Shown here piece after piece: positions 14,427 to 23,235 of a stretch of 25,943 nt of DNA. The stretch's first letter is position 1. Each line of letters begins with the position of its first letter. The position numbers and the translations under genes were made by a program. Origin of the DNA: a virus (taxonomy: Duplodnaviria > Caudoviricetes); IMG/VR virus record IMGVR_UViG_3300020138_000016, positions 1 through 25,943 of that record; one strand, written 5' to 3'. The notes beneath the pieces are model-generated. The model made no database searches. It was not told the DNA's origin and was given only the letters and a program-made list of their open reading frames with translations.

Positions 14427-14511
14427 GCACCGGCAGGATGTGTTCCACCAAATGTTCGAGTGCCGCGAGTCGCTCGGCCGCGTTCTCCAGCGTGACGGTT
14501 GTCGGTTCCAT
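14284..14511 (-). CDS. Reverse-oriented accessory protein, 75 aa
   Basis: Acidic helical sequence with a GGAGA RBS inside repeat copy A. Confidence 0.65.
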   Translation of the reverse strand: MEPTTVTLENAAERLAALEHLVEHILPVLIQDSSYLQDIRATLQEMLDSPSPELASNQALPRLVEGLLDATPSVS

Positions 14512-14569
14512 GTCGGTCTCCGGTAGCGGTGGTGGGTTGGCGCTCCCATCCTACCGGCAGGCCGGCACC
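14506..14569 (-). repeat. 64-bp gene-leader repeat, copy A
   Basis: 52/64 identical to 15001-15064; internal inverted repeat CCGGTAG...CTACCGG. Confidence 0.85.
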
Positions 14570-14700
14570 CGGGCCGGCTGGATCGCCGTGACTCCCGTCG
14601 CGAGGATCGGCTGACATGGAAAAGGTACGGGTGGTGAAGGTCTTTTCCGAATCCGATCTGCACCAGGCAATCTCCGCGAGCCCTGCGATGGAGCGGATCG

Positions 14701-15006
14701 TCATTCGCCTTGCTTCGGATCCAGCGCGTTCGCTACCGATGCCAGCATGCCTTGGAAGGCCTCGCGATAGCCGTCGCTCCCATAGGCGGACAGATCCATT
14801 TCTGCGTCGACTAGCTCGGCGCTTATGGCTTGCCATTTGCCGCGCAGGGTCGCGCGATCCGGGTGCGCTGCGATGAGCATGATCAAGGCGTATCGCATGG
14901 CTTTGCATTGGCCGGCCATCATGTCGATCGCGCGATGCTGGTCCGCCAGGCGATCGGCAGCCCATTGCGGGAAGTCTTCCGCGCTGATGGTGCGTCCGTT
15001 TTCCAT
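14701..15006 (-). CDS. Reverse-oriented accessory protein, 101 aa
   Basis: MENGRTISAEDFPQW... with a GGAGA RBS inside repeat copy B. Confidence 0.7.
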   Translation of the reverse strand: MENGRTISAEDFPQWAADRLADQHRAIDMMAGQCKAMRYALIMLIAAHPDRATLRGKWQAISAELVDAEMDLSAYGSDGYREAFQGMLASVANALDPKQGE

Positions 15007-15064
15007 GCGGGTCTCCGGTAGTGATGGCGATGGGGTCATCCCATCCTACCGGCAGGCCGGCACC
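15001..15064 (-). repeat. 64-bp gene-leader repeat, copy B
   Basis: The last 26 bp on the + strand (tcccatcctaccggcaggccggcacc) are identical to copy A. Confidence 0.85.
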
Positions 15065-15165
15065 ATCGTTGGACGCCACAGGGTGCGGCGCGGCGAAGCA
15101 CGGCCGGTGAAGTGGCGGGTTGGTGTTCATGCGGCACAGCTTGCCGTCAAGGCCCGGGTGCGCGC

Positions 15166-15738
15166 ATGAAGCCCGCGCCTCATTTCATGCCGCCGCTGCA
15201 GAGCGTCGTCTACGGCTACACCCGTCGTGTGCTGGATGAGACGGCGACGAACGCGCAGTCGTTCGCGATGGTGGTGGCCGAGCAGTACCTGGCGCTGGTG
15301 GCGCCGGATGTGCGGGGTGTTCCGCTACGGCTGGGCGATGATCCGGCAAGCGACATGCGCAATAACGCGCAGATCCTGCGTCGGTACATGGACGGCACCG
15401 TCAAGGTGTTGCCGGCCGACCTGCTCGATGCCTGGGTGCTGTCGCTGCCCGAGCCGTATCGCGGCGAGTGCGAGCGTGACCTGGCGCGCCGCCGCGGCCT
15501 GCTGGCGGTGCGCATGCCTGCATCGGTCGAAGCGTCGCGGGCTGTTGGTCTTGCCGAATTGGCTGGTGACTTCGGGCGGTTGATCGAGGCGGTGGCGCCG
15601 GCGCTGGCCGACGGCGTCATCAACGCCAGCGACCTGCCGTATGCCCGCCGCATCCTCGACGAATCCGACGATTTGATCGCCGCCGTGCTCGCGATGCGCA
15701 AGCAGGTGCAGGCGATATTGCCGGACGTGCATTCGTGA
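15166..15738 (+). CDS. Putative CII-like phage regulatory protein, 190 aa
   Basis: Lies downstream of cro. C-terminus ALADGVINASD...ILDESDDLIAAV resembles phage CII/YmfL-like proteins. Confidence 0.6.
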   Translation: MKPAPHFMPPLQSVVYGYTRRVLDETATNAQSFAMVVAEQYLALVAPDVRGVPLRLGDDPASDMRNNAQILRRYMDGTVKVLPADLLDAWVLSLPEPYRGECERDLARRRGLLAVRMPASVEASRAVGLAELAGDFGRLIEAVAPALADGVINASDLPYARRILDESDDLIAAVLAMRKQVQAILPDVHS

Positions 15739-15793
15739 GCCGCTGGGACGATGACGTGCTGGCGCGCGCCCCCGAAGGCGGGAGGTTGTCTTG

Positions 15794-16012
15794 ATGATCG
15801 ACTTTCGCGTTCACGACGTATACGAGCGTGCCCGGCAACCGGCCGATGGATCGTTGGAGTTCAGCGTCGATACCGAGGCCGCGCAGTGCATTCGCGACGG
15901 GCTGCGAGCGATGCGGGAAGCCGAGGCATTCGCGGCGGCGGATAAACGCATGCTCGCCGGCCGGCGAGCCAACAAACAGAAGGCGCAGCCATGCGCGCGC
16001 GGAGCCGTCTGA
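15794..16012 (+). CDS. Hypothetical protein, 72 aa
   Basis: GGAGG RBS; lies within the rightward operon. Confidence 0.6.
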   Translation: MIDFRVHDVYERARQPADGSLEFSVDTEAAQCIRDGLRAMREAEAFAAADKRMLAGRRANKQKAQPCARGAV

Positions 16013-16185
16013 CGTGTCGCCCCCGCAAGTTGCCGCCGTCGCCGGCGGCCCGCGCGGCTATCGCGCAGATCAAGCACATGTTGACGAACGGTTGTTCCGC
16101 GGCGGAGCTCGCGCAAGCGCGAGCGAGCCTGGACGCGCTCAACACGCCTCGACAACCACAGCTGACGCTGCGGTTGAAGCCGTAA
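15991..16185 (+). CDS. Hypothetical protein, 64 aa
   Basis: GAAGG upstream; overlaps the previous ORF. Confidence 0.45.
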   Translation: MRARSRLTCRPRKLPPSPAARAAIAQIKHMLTNGCSAAELAQARASLDALNTPRQPQLTLRLKP

Positions 16186-16219
16186 CGCTGGCAGGCGGCG
16201 TACCGCAATGGGGGAATCC

Positions 16220-16564
16220 ATGATCAGCCATTGCCTGGGGGACGCCATGCGTCGCTTCTCGACGATGTCATCCGAGCAACGCGCGGCGGAAATCACCCAG
16301 ATACCGGAAACATGCGGCCATGCCGATTGCACCACCGGCATGGGTTGCCGCGCCTACATCGCGTCAATGCTCGATGCGGAGCAATGGCGACGGGTTTGCG
16401 AGGCGAGAGGCTGGCTTCGACGCGGGTACACCCGCAGGCCCAAGGTCGACGCACTCATCAGCCAGATCGGCGCGCGACGCGGAACTGCGGCTGCTGAGCG
16501 GCTGCGCGAGGACATGCGCGTCGAATGGCGCCGGCGGAACGAATGGATGGAGGTGGCCCGATGA
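16220..16564 (+). CDS. Hypothetical phage protein, 114 aa
   Basis: GGGGA RBS; ...EQWRRVCEARGWLRRGY...RRGTAAAERLREDMRVEW. Confidence 0.65.
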   Translation: MISHCLGDAMRRFSTMSSEQRAAEITQIPETCGHADCTTGMGCRAYIASMLDAEQWRRVCEARGWLRRGYTRRPKVDALISQIGARRGTAAAERLREDMRVEWRRRNEWMEVAR

Positions 16565-16627
16565 CCCCTCGGAGCCAGTGGCTGCGCCCCGCCCCCCGGG
16601 CCTGGCGGATGCCGGCACCCATTTTTC

Positions 16628-16683
16628 CCGTTCAGTTTCGCTTAACAACGCATTCAGCTTCGTTTAACATTCCGTTCAGCTTT
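16628..16683 (+). repeat. About 2.5 copies of a 22-bp tandem repeat
   Basis: TTCAG(T/C)TT starts at 16631, 16653 and 16675; the first two copies continue CG(C/T)TTAACA. Confidence 0.65.
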
Positions 16684-16692
16684 TCCAGGGGT

Positions 16693-16735
16693 GGGTCCTC
16701 CCTTTGGGGTTGGCTATGCGGGTCGCGCAGCCGCA
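16693..16735 (+). other. Candidate lambda-like cos site
   Basis: GGGTCCT (the lambda cosQ heptamer) at 16693-16699, followed 17 nt later by the dyad TGCGG-GTCGCGCAG-CCGCA. The phage encodes a lambda gpA-type terminase. Confidence 0.5.
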
Positions 16736-16771
16736 ATTCTCGTGTAGTTAGTCTGGGCTGGGGTTACTGAA

Positions 16772-19228
16772 ATGGCGGGCCCCACGAACTACGACGACGT
16801 GCTGCGCCAGCTCGAGGACGCTGGCCTGATCATCCCGCAGGGTGAGCGGTTGCGCGTCGGTACGCACAAGCCCGTTCGGCTGGCCGTTCGCGATGGTGGA
16901 CGCGAGAAGCGGGGGTGGTATCTGCTGAAGGAGTGGGCGCCCAGCGTCGACCGCTCCCTGATCGTCGGCGCCTACGGCGTGTGGCGCGGCAACAACAACG
17001 GCGCGCAGAAGGTCACGCTGCCCAGCGACGACACCGGCCGCATCACGCCAGAGCAACGCGATGCGATGCGGCGCATGTGGGCGGAAGCGGAGAAGGCTGC
17101 GGAGCGCCAGCGCAAGCACGACGCCGCCGCCGCCGCCAACACCGCGATGAAGGCCTGGGGTCGGTTGCTGCCGGATGGCGACTCGCCGTACCTGCAGCGC
17201 AAGGGCGTGCCTGGCTACGGCCTCAAGTACACCAAGAACGGCACCGCGGTGGTGCCGCTCATCGACACCGCGGGCAAGATCCACGGACTCCAGTTCCTGC
17301 GCACGGAAGCCCAGGCGCGCGAAGGCAAGCGGCCGGTGAAGGAGTTCTGGCCGGCCGGCTGCGAGAAGAAGAACCATTACCACCTGCTGGGCCACCAGCC
17401 GCATTGGATCGTGCTGATCGCCGAGGGCTACGCCACGGCGGCCACGCTGCACGCCGCCACGGGCTACCCGGTCGCGTGCGCGTTCGACGCCGGCAACCTG
17501 AAGGCCGTCGCCGAGCAGCTGCACCGGCGGTACAAGCGCGCGAAGATCCTGGTCTGTGCCGACGACGATGCCCTGGGCAAGTGCCAGCACAAGGATTGCC
17601 AGGCGCGCATCGTGCTGCCGCAGCATCCGGTCGATTGCCCCGCGTGCGGCAAGCCCCACGGGTACCGCAACGCCGGCGTCGAGGGCGCGAGCGCCGCGGC
17701 GATGTCCGTGGGCGGCGAGTGGGTGTTGCCGACGTTCGCCGCCGAAGATGAACGGCGCGCCGCGTACCTCGATCGCGGCGTGAAGGATTCCGACTTCAAC
17801 GACGTGCACGCCGCTGAAGGCCTGGCCGTCGTCGGCGCCCAGGTGGCCGCCCGCCTCTCGGATCTGCGGTGGTCGCCGCCGGCGTTGCGCGCCGTTTCAT
17901 CCTCCGCACCCGGGGGGAAGGGCGCAAAGCTGCGCCCGATCCAGACGCTCGACGAATTGCTCGAGCGCTACTCACTGGTCTACGGCGGCGGCGGCGCAGT
18001 GTTTGATGCGCAGGAGCATTGCCTGTTGCCGATCAGCGACATGAAGAACGCCTGCGTGCGGCCCGAGCTGCACAAGGCCTGGATGGAACACGCAGACCGA
18101 GACATCGTGCGCCTGACCGAAGTCGGCTTCGACCCCCCGTGTTCGGACCCCGCGGTCACCTGCAACCTCTGGGGCGGCTGGCCGACGGAGCCAAAGGCCG
18201 GCAAGTGCGATCGCGTGCTCGATCTCCTGGCCTACCTGTGCAGCGAAGAGCGCAACAGCCGCGCGCTCTACCAGTGGGTTCTGCGCTGGTGCGCGTATCC
18301 GATCCAGCACCCGGGCGCCAAGATGAAATCCACCATCGTGGTGCACGGTGGCCAGGGCGCCGGCAAGAACCTGTTCTTCGAAAGCATCATGGCCATCTAC
18401 GGCCAATATGGCTCGATCCTCGACCAGAACGCCCTGGTCGACAAACACAACGATTGGGCCAGCCGCAAGCTGTTCTTGATCGCCGACGAAGTCGTCGCCC
18501 AGGCGCACCGGTACGAGCAGAAGAACCTGCTGAAGGTCCTGGTCACCGGCCAGCGCATCCGCATCAACCCCAAGCACATCGCCGCGTACGACGAGGTCAA
18601 CCACCTCAACCTGGTGTTCCTGTCGAACGAATCCATGCCGGTCGTGCTCGAGGAGGATGACCGCCGCCACTGCGTCATCTGGACGCCGCCGAAGAAAGAT
18701 CCGGCCTACTACCACGCCATCATGGAAGAGCTGGCCAACGGCGGCATCGCCGCGCTGCACGACTACCTCCTGCACTTGGACCTCGGCGACTTCGGTCCCG
18801 GCGAACTGCCGCCGGACACCGAAGCGAAGCGCGACCTGGTCAAGCTCGCGCAGGACAGCCCGGTGGATTTCGTCGACGCGCTCGTCGCGCTGGAGATCCC
18901 GCCATTGAAGCCCATGCCCGGGCTCACCGAAGACTGGTTCCGCGTGTACGGTAACTGGTGCGCCAACCAGGGCGTGCGGCCCGCATCGATTAAGCGCTTC
19001 GTGAACCTGCTGGATAAGCGCCGCGGCATCAAGGCGCAGCGCAAGGGCCACCGGCGACAGCAGACCATCTCCAACCCACTGTCGACGCTCACCTTCGGCG
19101 AGCGGCCGCCGGAAGGCATGGTCGAGGCCGATTGGCTCGGCGAGCAGATCGTGGCCATGCGCAACCGTGCCGGCGACTACAAGGCAGGCCAGACGGACGG
19201 CGCCGGCTGGGACGAGGGGGATTTCTGA
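16772..19228 (+). CDS. Primase-helicase (Toprim primase plus SF3/D5-like DUF5906 helicase), 818 aa
   Basis: IAEGYATAA, CAFDAGNL, CADDD and SDFND (Toprim, P4 alpha/TraC-like); GGQGAGKN Walker A, LIADE Walker B, FLSNE and DDRR. Confidence 0.93.
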   Translation: MAGPTNYDDVLRQLEDAGLIIPQGERLRVGTHKPVRLAVRDGGREKRGWYLLKEWAPSVDRSLIVGAYGVWRGNNNGAQKVTLPSDDTGRITPEQRDAMRRMWAEAEKAAERQRKHDAAAAANTAMKAWGRLLPDGDSPYLQRKGVPGYGLKYTKNGTAVVPLIDTAGKIHGLQFLRTEAQAREGKRPVKEFWPAGCEKKNHYHLLGHQPHWIVLIAEGYATAATLHAATGYPVACAFDAGNLKAVAEQLHRRYKRAKILVCADDDALGKCQHKDCQARIVLPQHPVDCPACGKPHGYRNAGVEGASAAAMSVGGEWVLPTFAAEDERRAAYLDRGVKDSDFNDVHAAEGLAVVGAQVAARLSDLRWSPPALRAVSSSAPGGKGAKLRPIQTLDELLERYSLVYGGGGAVFDAQEHCLLPISDMKNACVRPELHKAWMEHADRDIVRLTEVGFDPPCSDPAVTCNLWGGWPTEPKAGKCDRVLDLLAYLCSEERNSRALYQWVLRWCAYPIQHPGAKMKSTIVVHGGQGAGKNLFFESIMAIYGQYGSILDQNALVDKHNDWASRKLFLIADEVVAQAHRYEQKNLLKVLVTGQRIRINPKHIAAYDEVNHLNLVFLSNESMPVVLEEDDRRHCVIWTPPKKDPAYYHAIMEELANGGIAALHDYLLHLDLGDFGPGELPPDTEAKRDLVKLAQDSPVDFVDALVALEIPPLKPMPGLTEDWFRVYGNWCANQGVRPASIKRFVNLLDKRRGIKAQRKGHRRQQTISNPLSTLTFGERPPEGMVEADWLGEQIVAMRNRAGDYKAGQTDGAGWDEGDF

Positions 19229-19239
19229 TGCCCATCCAG

Positions 19240-19515
19240 ACCGTTCTGCGGCGTTTGCCGGCAAACTTGCGGCCAAGTCTGCTGGCAGAAATGGCTCTGC
19301 ATCTGGCTTTCTGCGGCATTGCGGCTTCTCGCGCGCCCGCCCGCGCGGGGGATGGCACTCCGATCCTGCACCCACTTGCGCGCGCACATGCGCGCACACG
19401 GGGAATGTGCCCGCAGACGCCGCAATGCCGCAGAGGCGCAGGCGTGGCGCGGGTTTGCGGGTTCGCGCTGCCCGCAGACGTGCCCGCAGACCGGCGCCGT
19501 CGCCGCAGAACGCCC
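19240..19515. repeat. Array of convergent TGCGG/CCGCA motifs with a perfect 16-bp inverted repeat (candidate replication origin)
   Basis: TCTGCGGCATTGCGGC (19310-19325) pairs with GCCGCAATGCCGCAGA (19419-19434). TGCGG dominates the left half and CCGCA the right half. Confidence 0.55.
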
Positions 19516-19579
19516 GCGCTCGCGCGCGCGTTTCTCTCTTCTTTCGAAACTCCGAAAAAAAAGGAAGAGGGTGATGCCC

Positions 19580-20185
19580 ATGGGTGACCTGCCGGCAACG
19601 GAAGGCTTCCGCGAGTTCGCGGCCCGGATCGGGTGCAAACCCGGCTACGTGACCGCGCTGCGCCACGCGGGGCGCTTGGTGCTCACTGATGACGGCAAGC
19701 GCGTCCGCGTGGCCGACTCCCTGCAGCTGATCGCGTCCACGCGCGATCCGGCGAAAGCCGGCGTGCGCGCCCGGCATGCTTCCGCCCGCGGGCAGGGTGC
19801 CACGCCGGCGCCTTCCGCCCCACCATCCGTGGCCGAGGAATCGGAGCCGAACGATCCCGACGCCGTCGTTTTCCCGGTCGATCCTCTCTCCCTCCGCCGC
19901 GCCAAGGCACAGGCCGAGCGCGAGGAAGCGCTGGCCCGCAAGGCGCTGCGTGATGAGCAGGTGGAGATGGGCGGTCTGATGCCGCGCGACGAGGTCCTGG
20001 CCACCGTCGCGGACGTCACCGTCCAGCTGCGCAGCCGCCTGGAGCTGCTGCCCGCCGTCCTGGCACCCCAGCTGGCTGCCACCGACGATGAGGATGCGGT
20101 GCGGCTCAAACTGCGCGACGGCATCGAGCAGGCGCTCGAGGAGTTGGCCCGCAAGTTCGCATCCATCGGCCGGGCGGAAGCATGA
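19580..20185 (+). CDS. terS: Terminase small subunit (Nu1-like), about 201 aa
   Basis: N-terminal HTH FREFAARIGCKPGYVTAL and coiled coil RRAKAQAEREEALARKA...GGLMPRDEV. ATGA overlap with terL; alternative start at 19574. Confidence 0.8.
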   Translation: MGDLPATEGFREFAARIGCKPGYVTALRHAGRLVLTDDGKRVRVADSLQLIASTRDPAKAGVRARHASARGQGATPAPSAPPSVAEESEPNDPDAVVFPVDPLSLRRAKAQAEREEALARKALRDEQVEMGGLMPRDEVLATVADVTVQLRSRLELLPAVLAPQLAATDDEDAVRLKLRDGIEQALEELARKFASIGRAEA

Positions 20186-22362
20186 GCGCCGCCTACGCCA
20201 TCGCCCGCACCGAAGTCGCCCGCGCCGTGGCCCGCGCCATCGCGCCGCGCAAGCCGCTGCGCGTCAGCGAGTGGGCCGCGGCGAAGCGCCGGCTTTCGCG
20301 CAAGGGCAGCGCTATCCCGGGTGCCTGGGACAACGCGCGCAACCCACTGCAGGTCGAGGTGATGGACTGTTTCAGCGCGCGCAGCCCGGTGCACGACGTC
20401 GTGGCGCTGTTCCCGATCCAGTTCGGCAAGAGCGAAATCGAGACCAACATCCTCGGCTACACCATGGAAGAGAACCCGCAGCCGATCATGGTCGTGCTGC
20501 CGGGCGAAGTGTCGATGAACAAGTGGATCGACCAGAAGCTCAATCCGCTGATCGATGAAACCCCGTCCGTACAGCGCGTGCTCACCAGCATCGCCAGCCG
20601 CGAATCCAGCAACCGGCGAAGCTTCAAGGATTTCCAGGGCGGCCAGCTCTACATCGAGCACGCCGGCAACCCCGTGCGCCTGAAGTCCACCGCCGCCGGC
20701 ATGATCCTGGTCGACGAGTTCTCCAGCTTCGCGAGCGCGCTCAAGAGCGGCGATGATCCCGATGCGATGCTCGACGGCCGCACCTCCGGCTTCCCCAGCA
20801 CGTACAAGCGTTTCAAGGTCGGCACGCCCGAGATCATCGGCCTGTGCCGCCTCACCGAGCTGTGGCAGAAGTCCGACCAGCGCCGCTGGCTCTGGCCATG
20901 CCCCGACTGCGGTCACGAGCAGCCGTTCGAGTGGAGCGGCCTGCACTGGACGCCCGACGGCCAGCGCTGCTGGTACGGCTGCCGCGAGTGCGGCGTGGTG
21001 ATTGAGGAGCACCAGAAGACCGGCCTCATCGCGCGCGGCCGCTGGGTGCCGGCATACCCGGATCGAAAGATCCGCGGCTACCACGCCAACTGCCTCTACT
21101 ACCCGATGGGCCTGGGCCCGCGCTGGATCGACCTGGTGCGCATGTGGCTCGATGCGTCAGGCGACCCGGCCAAGCTCAAGACGTTCATCAACGACCGCCT
21201 GGCCGAAGCGTGGGAAGACCCCTCCCTGCGCAAAGTCAAGGTCAACCTCATCCGCGATCGCCGCGAGCTGTACCGCCTGCGCACGGCGCCGCGCGGTGTG
21301 CTCGCGCTCACCGCCGGGGTGGACACCCAGGACGATCGCCTGGCCGTCACCATCCTCGGCTGGGGCCGGGGCATGACGTGCTGGGTATTGGACTACGTCG
21401 AGCTCGCCGGTGACCCGGGTGAAGACGACGTCTGGGCCAAGCTCACCGACCTCCTCAATCGCCCCCTGGCCCATGAGTTGGGTGGCTGGTTGCACATCGA
21501 GGCCACTGCCATCGATGCCGGCGGTCACCGCACCGAGCACGTCAAGCACTTCGTGCGCTCGCGGCGCATCCGCCGCCCCATGTGCATCTTCGGCGCCGTG
21601 CCCAACAACGCGCCCGTCATCAACCGCCCGAAACTCGAAGACGTCAACTACAAAGGCAAGCTCGACAAGAAAGGCGTGCACATCTACCACGTCGGCACCG
21701 TGGGCATTAAGCACTGGCTGTTCCAGCGCCTGTCCAGCGATGCCGATGCCGCGCCCGACGCGCGCCTGGTGCACCTGTCCGAAGACCTGGACGATTTCTA
21801 CCTCGACGGTCTGGTCAGCGAAACCTTCAACCCGCGCAAGGGCCGCTGGGAAAAGAACCGCAGCAGCATTCGTAACGAGCCGCTCGACACGTTCGTCTAT
21901 TCCTACGCCGCAGCCCACCACCACGAACTTCGCCTGCATCGCCTGAGCGCGGCCGATTGGACTGCACGCGAAGCGCGCCTGATGGACCTGGCGCGGCAGG
22001 GCGCGGCCGCGCTGCCGGAACCGATCGTCGCACCCCGTGATCCCCGTGAAACATATCGACCGGCTGTCCAGGTATGGACGGTGCGCCAGGCGATCGACGA
22101 GATCCTCTGCCAGCTCGATCGCGCGCCCGCATCCACCATCGATGGTGAGCGCCTCGGCCAATGGCGCCAGGCGTCCGGCGGCCTGGCCGATGAGGTTGCC
22201 GTGCTGGGCGCGCTCACCGATCAGCTTGCCGAATCCGGCTCGCCCATCGTCGCCTTGCTCGACGCCGCCCTGGTACAGCGCGCCCGCGACGTCCTGCGCG
22301 GCCCCACCCAAACCACCACACGCCGCAATGCCCGCGGCACCCGCCACGCTGGCCTGAGATAG
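20182..22362 (+). CDS. terL: Terminase large subunit, lambda GpA family, 726 aa
   Basis: PIQFGKSE (Walker A variant), ILVDE, VGTP, SDQRRWLWPCPDCG, LTAGVDTQDDRL, IDAGGH and RNEPLD. Confidence 0.95.
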   Translation: MSAAYAIARTEVARAVARAIAPRKPLRVSEWAAAKRRLSRKGSAIPGAWDNARNPLQVEVMDCFSARSPVHDVVALFPIQFGKSEIETNILGYTMEENPQPIMVVLPGEVSMNKWIDQKLNPLIDETPSVQRVLTSIASRESSNRRSFKDFQGGQLYIEHAGNPVRLKSTAAGMILVDEFSSFASALKSGDDPDAMLDGRTSGFPSTYKRFKVGTPEIIGLCRLTELWQKSDQRRWLWPCPDCGHEQPFEWSGLHWTPDGQRCWYGCRECGVVIEEHQKTGLIARGRWVPAYPDRKIRGYHANCLYYPMGLGPRWIDLVRMWLDASGDPAKLKTFINDRLAEAWEDPSLRKVKVNLIRDRRELYRLRTAPRGVLALTAGVDTQDDRLAVTILGWGRGMTCWVLDYVELAGDPGEDDVWAKLTDLLNRPLAHELGGWLHIEATAIDAGGHRTEHVKHFVRSRRIRRPMCIFGAVPNNAPVINRPKLEDVNYKGKLDKKGVHIYHVGTVGIKHWLFQRLSSDADAAPDARLVHLSEDLDDFYLDGLVSETFNPRKGRWEKNRSSIRNEPLDTFVYSYAAAHHHELRLHRLSAADWTAREARLMDLARQGAAALPEPIVAPRDPRETYRPAVQVWTVRQAIDEILCQLDRAPASTIDGERLGQWRQASGGLADEVAVLGALTDQLAESGSPIVALLDAALVQRARDVLRGPTQTTTRRNARGTRHAGLR

Positions 22363-22372
22363 GAGATTCACC

Positions 22373-22729
22373 GTGACCGATCCGAACGACCTGAAACCGC
22401 AGCTTCAACGATGGGCCGACGCGTACGGCGGAGCGCAACTGGCGCGCCTGGGCTATGCCGCGGCCGAAGCGCTGGCCGGCACCGCGCCGCAGTGCGGGGA
22501 TGCTGATGCCGACCGTGTCGAGATCATCGTTCGGCGCATGGAAAGCCAGGGTCGCTGGCGCGAGGCGCGTGTGCTGCGCGCGGAATACTTCATGGGCGGG
22601 CTGCCCGAAGGGGAGCGCCTGCAGCGCCTCACCCGTATCGGCGTGAGCATTGGCCGATCGGCGTACTACGCCTACCTCAAATCCGCCCTTGCCTTTGTTG
22701 ATGGCGCCTTGACCGGCGAACCGGCGTGA
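22373..22729 (+). CDS. Putative late transcription regulator (Q/sigma-region-4-like), 118 aa
   Basis: AGGAG RBS. The pattern LQRWA...VLRAEY...IGVSIGRSAYYAYLKSALAFV resembles phage Q-like antiterminators. Confidence 0.55.
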   Translation: MTDPNDLKPQLQRWADAYGGAQLARLGYAAAEALAGTAPQCGDADADRVEIIVRRMESQGRWREARVLRAEYFMGGLPEGERLQRLTRIGVSIGRSAYYAYLKSALAFVDGALTGEPA

Positions 22730-22938
22730 GCCCTCGCATCAAGCCGCGCCGCGGTGTCCACGTCGCCGTCGCCGATGTGCTGCGCGAGATCGGTCCCTGC
22801 ACCGCGTCGGCCATCGCCCAGCATCTGGGGCAGGAATACTTCGGCGTCGCCGCCTGCCTGGCCGGCATGCACCGGCGCCGCGAGGTAACGCGCCGCATCA
22901 GCGCGCCCGGTCAGCCCGCTATTTGGAGGCTCGCGTGA
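22726..22938 (+). CDS. Small winged-HTH-like protein, 70 aa
   Basis: VLREIGPCTASAIAQHLG...VAACLAGMHRRREV...PAIWRL; GTGA overlaps. Confidence 0.6.
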   Translation: MSPRIKPRRGVHVAVADVLREIGPCTASAIAQHLGQEYFGVAACLAGMHRRREVTRRISAPGQPAIWRLA

Positions 22939-23147
22939 GCCCGTCCATCAAGCCCGAGGTATGCATCATCGACGGCCGGCTCAACATATTCTTGGGCGCC
23001 GATTACAAGGCCATGCCGCTCGATGTCGCCGACCGCTTCGTGCGGCGATGCCAGGGCGAACTGGCGCGGCTGAGGCGCCAGGAAAAGCGGAAGCGGAGAG
23101 CGGCCACCGAAGGCAGGGTAGAAGCCCAAGCCATGGGAGACGCCTGA
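22935..23147 (+). CDS. Hypothetical protein, 70 aa
   Basis: GGAGG RBS and GTGA overlap. Confidence 0.55.
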   Translation: MSPSIKPEVCIIDGRLNIFLGADYKAMPLDVADRFVRRCQGELARLRRQEKRKRRAATEGRVEAQAMGDA

Positions 23148-23235
23148 CCATGCCTATCCGCCACGATGCCAGTGCAGCAAGGAATGGCGACATGATCACC
23201 AATCACGGGTTGGCAACGGCGGCCCCATGAGCGCG

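Noticed and set aside
14616-14876. Plus-strand 86-aa ORF
   Set aside because: Mostly antisense to the better-supported 14701-15006 gene, with no clear RBS. Left uncalled, though a short real N-terminal part is possible.
19228-19587. ORF MPIQTVLRRLPANL... between primase and terS
   Set aside because: It has a TGATG overlap, but the sequence is dominated by DNA-level repeats and an Arg/Ala-rich low-complexity translation. Better explained as a cis element, though not fully excluded.
17972-22371. Long minus-strand ORFs (601, 479 and 404 aa)
   Set aside because: Antisense shadows of the primase and terminase genes.
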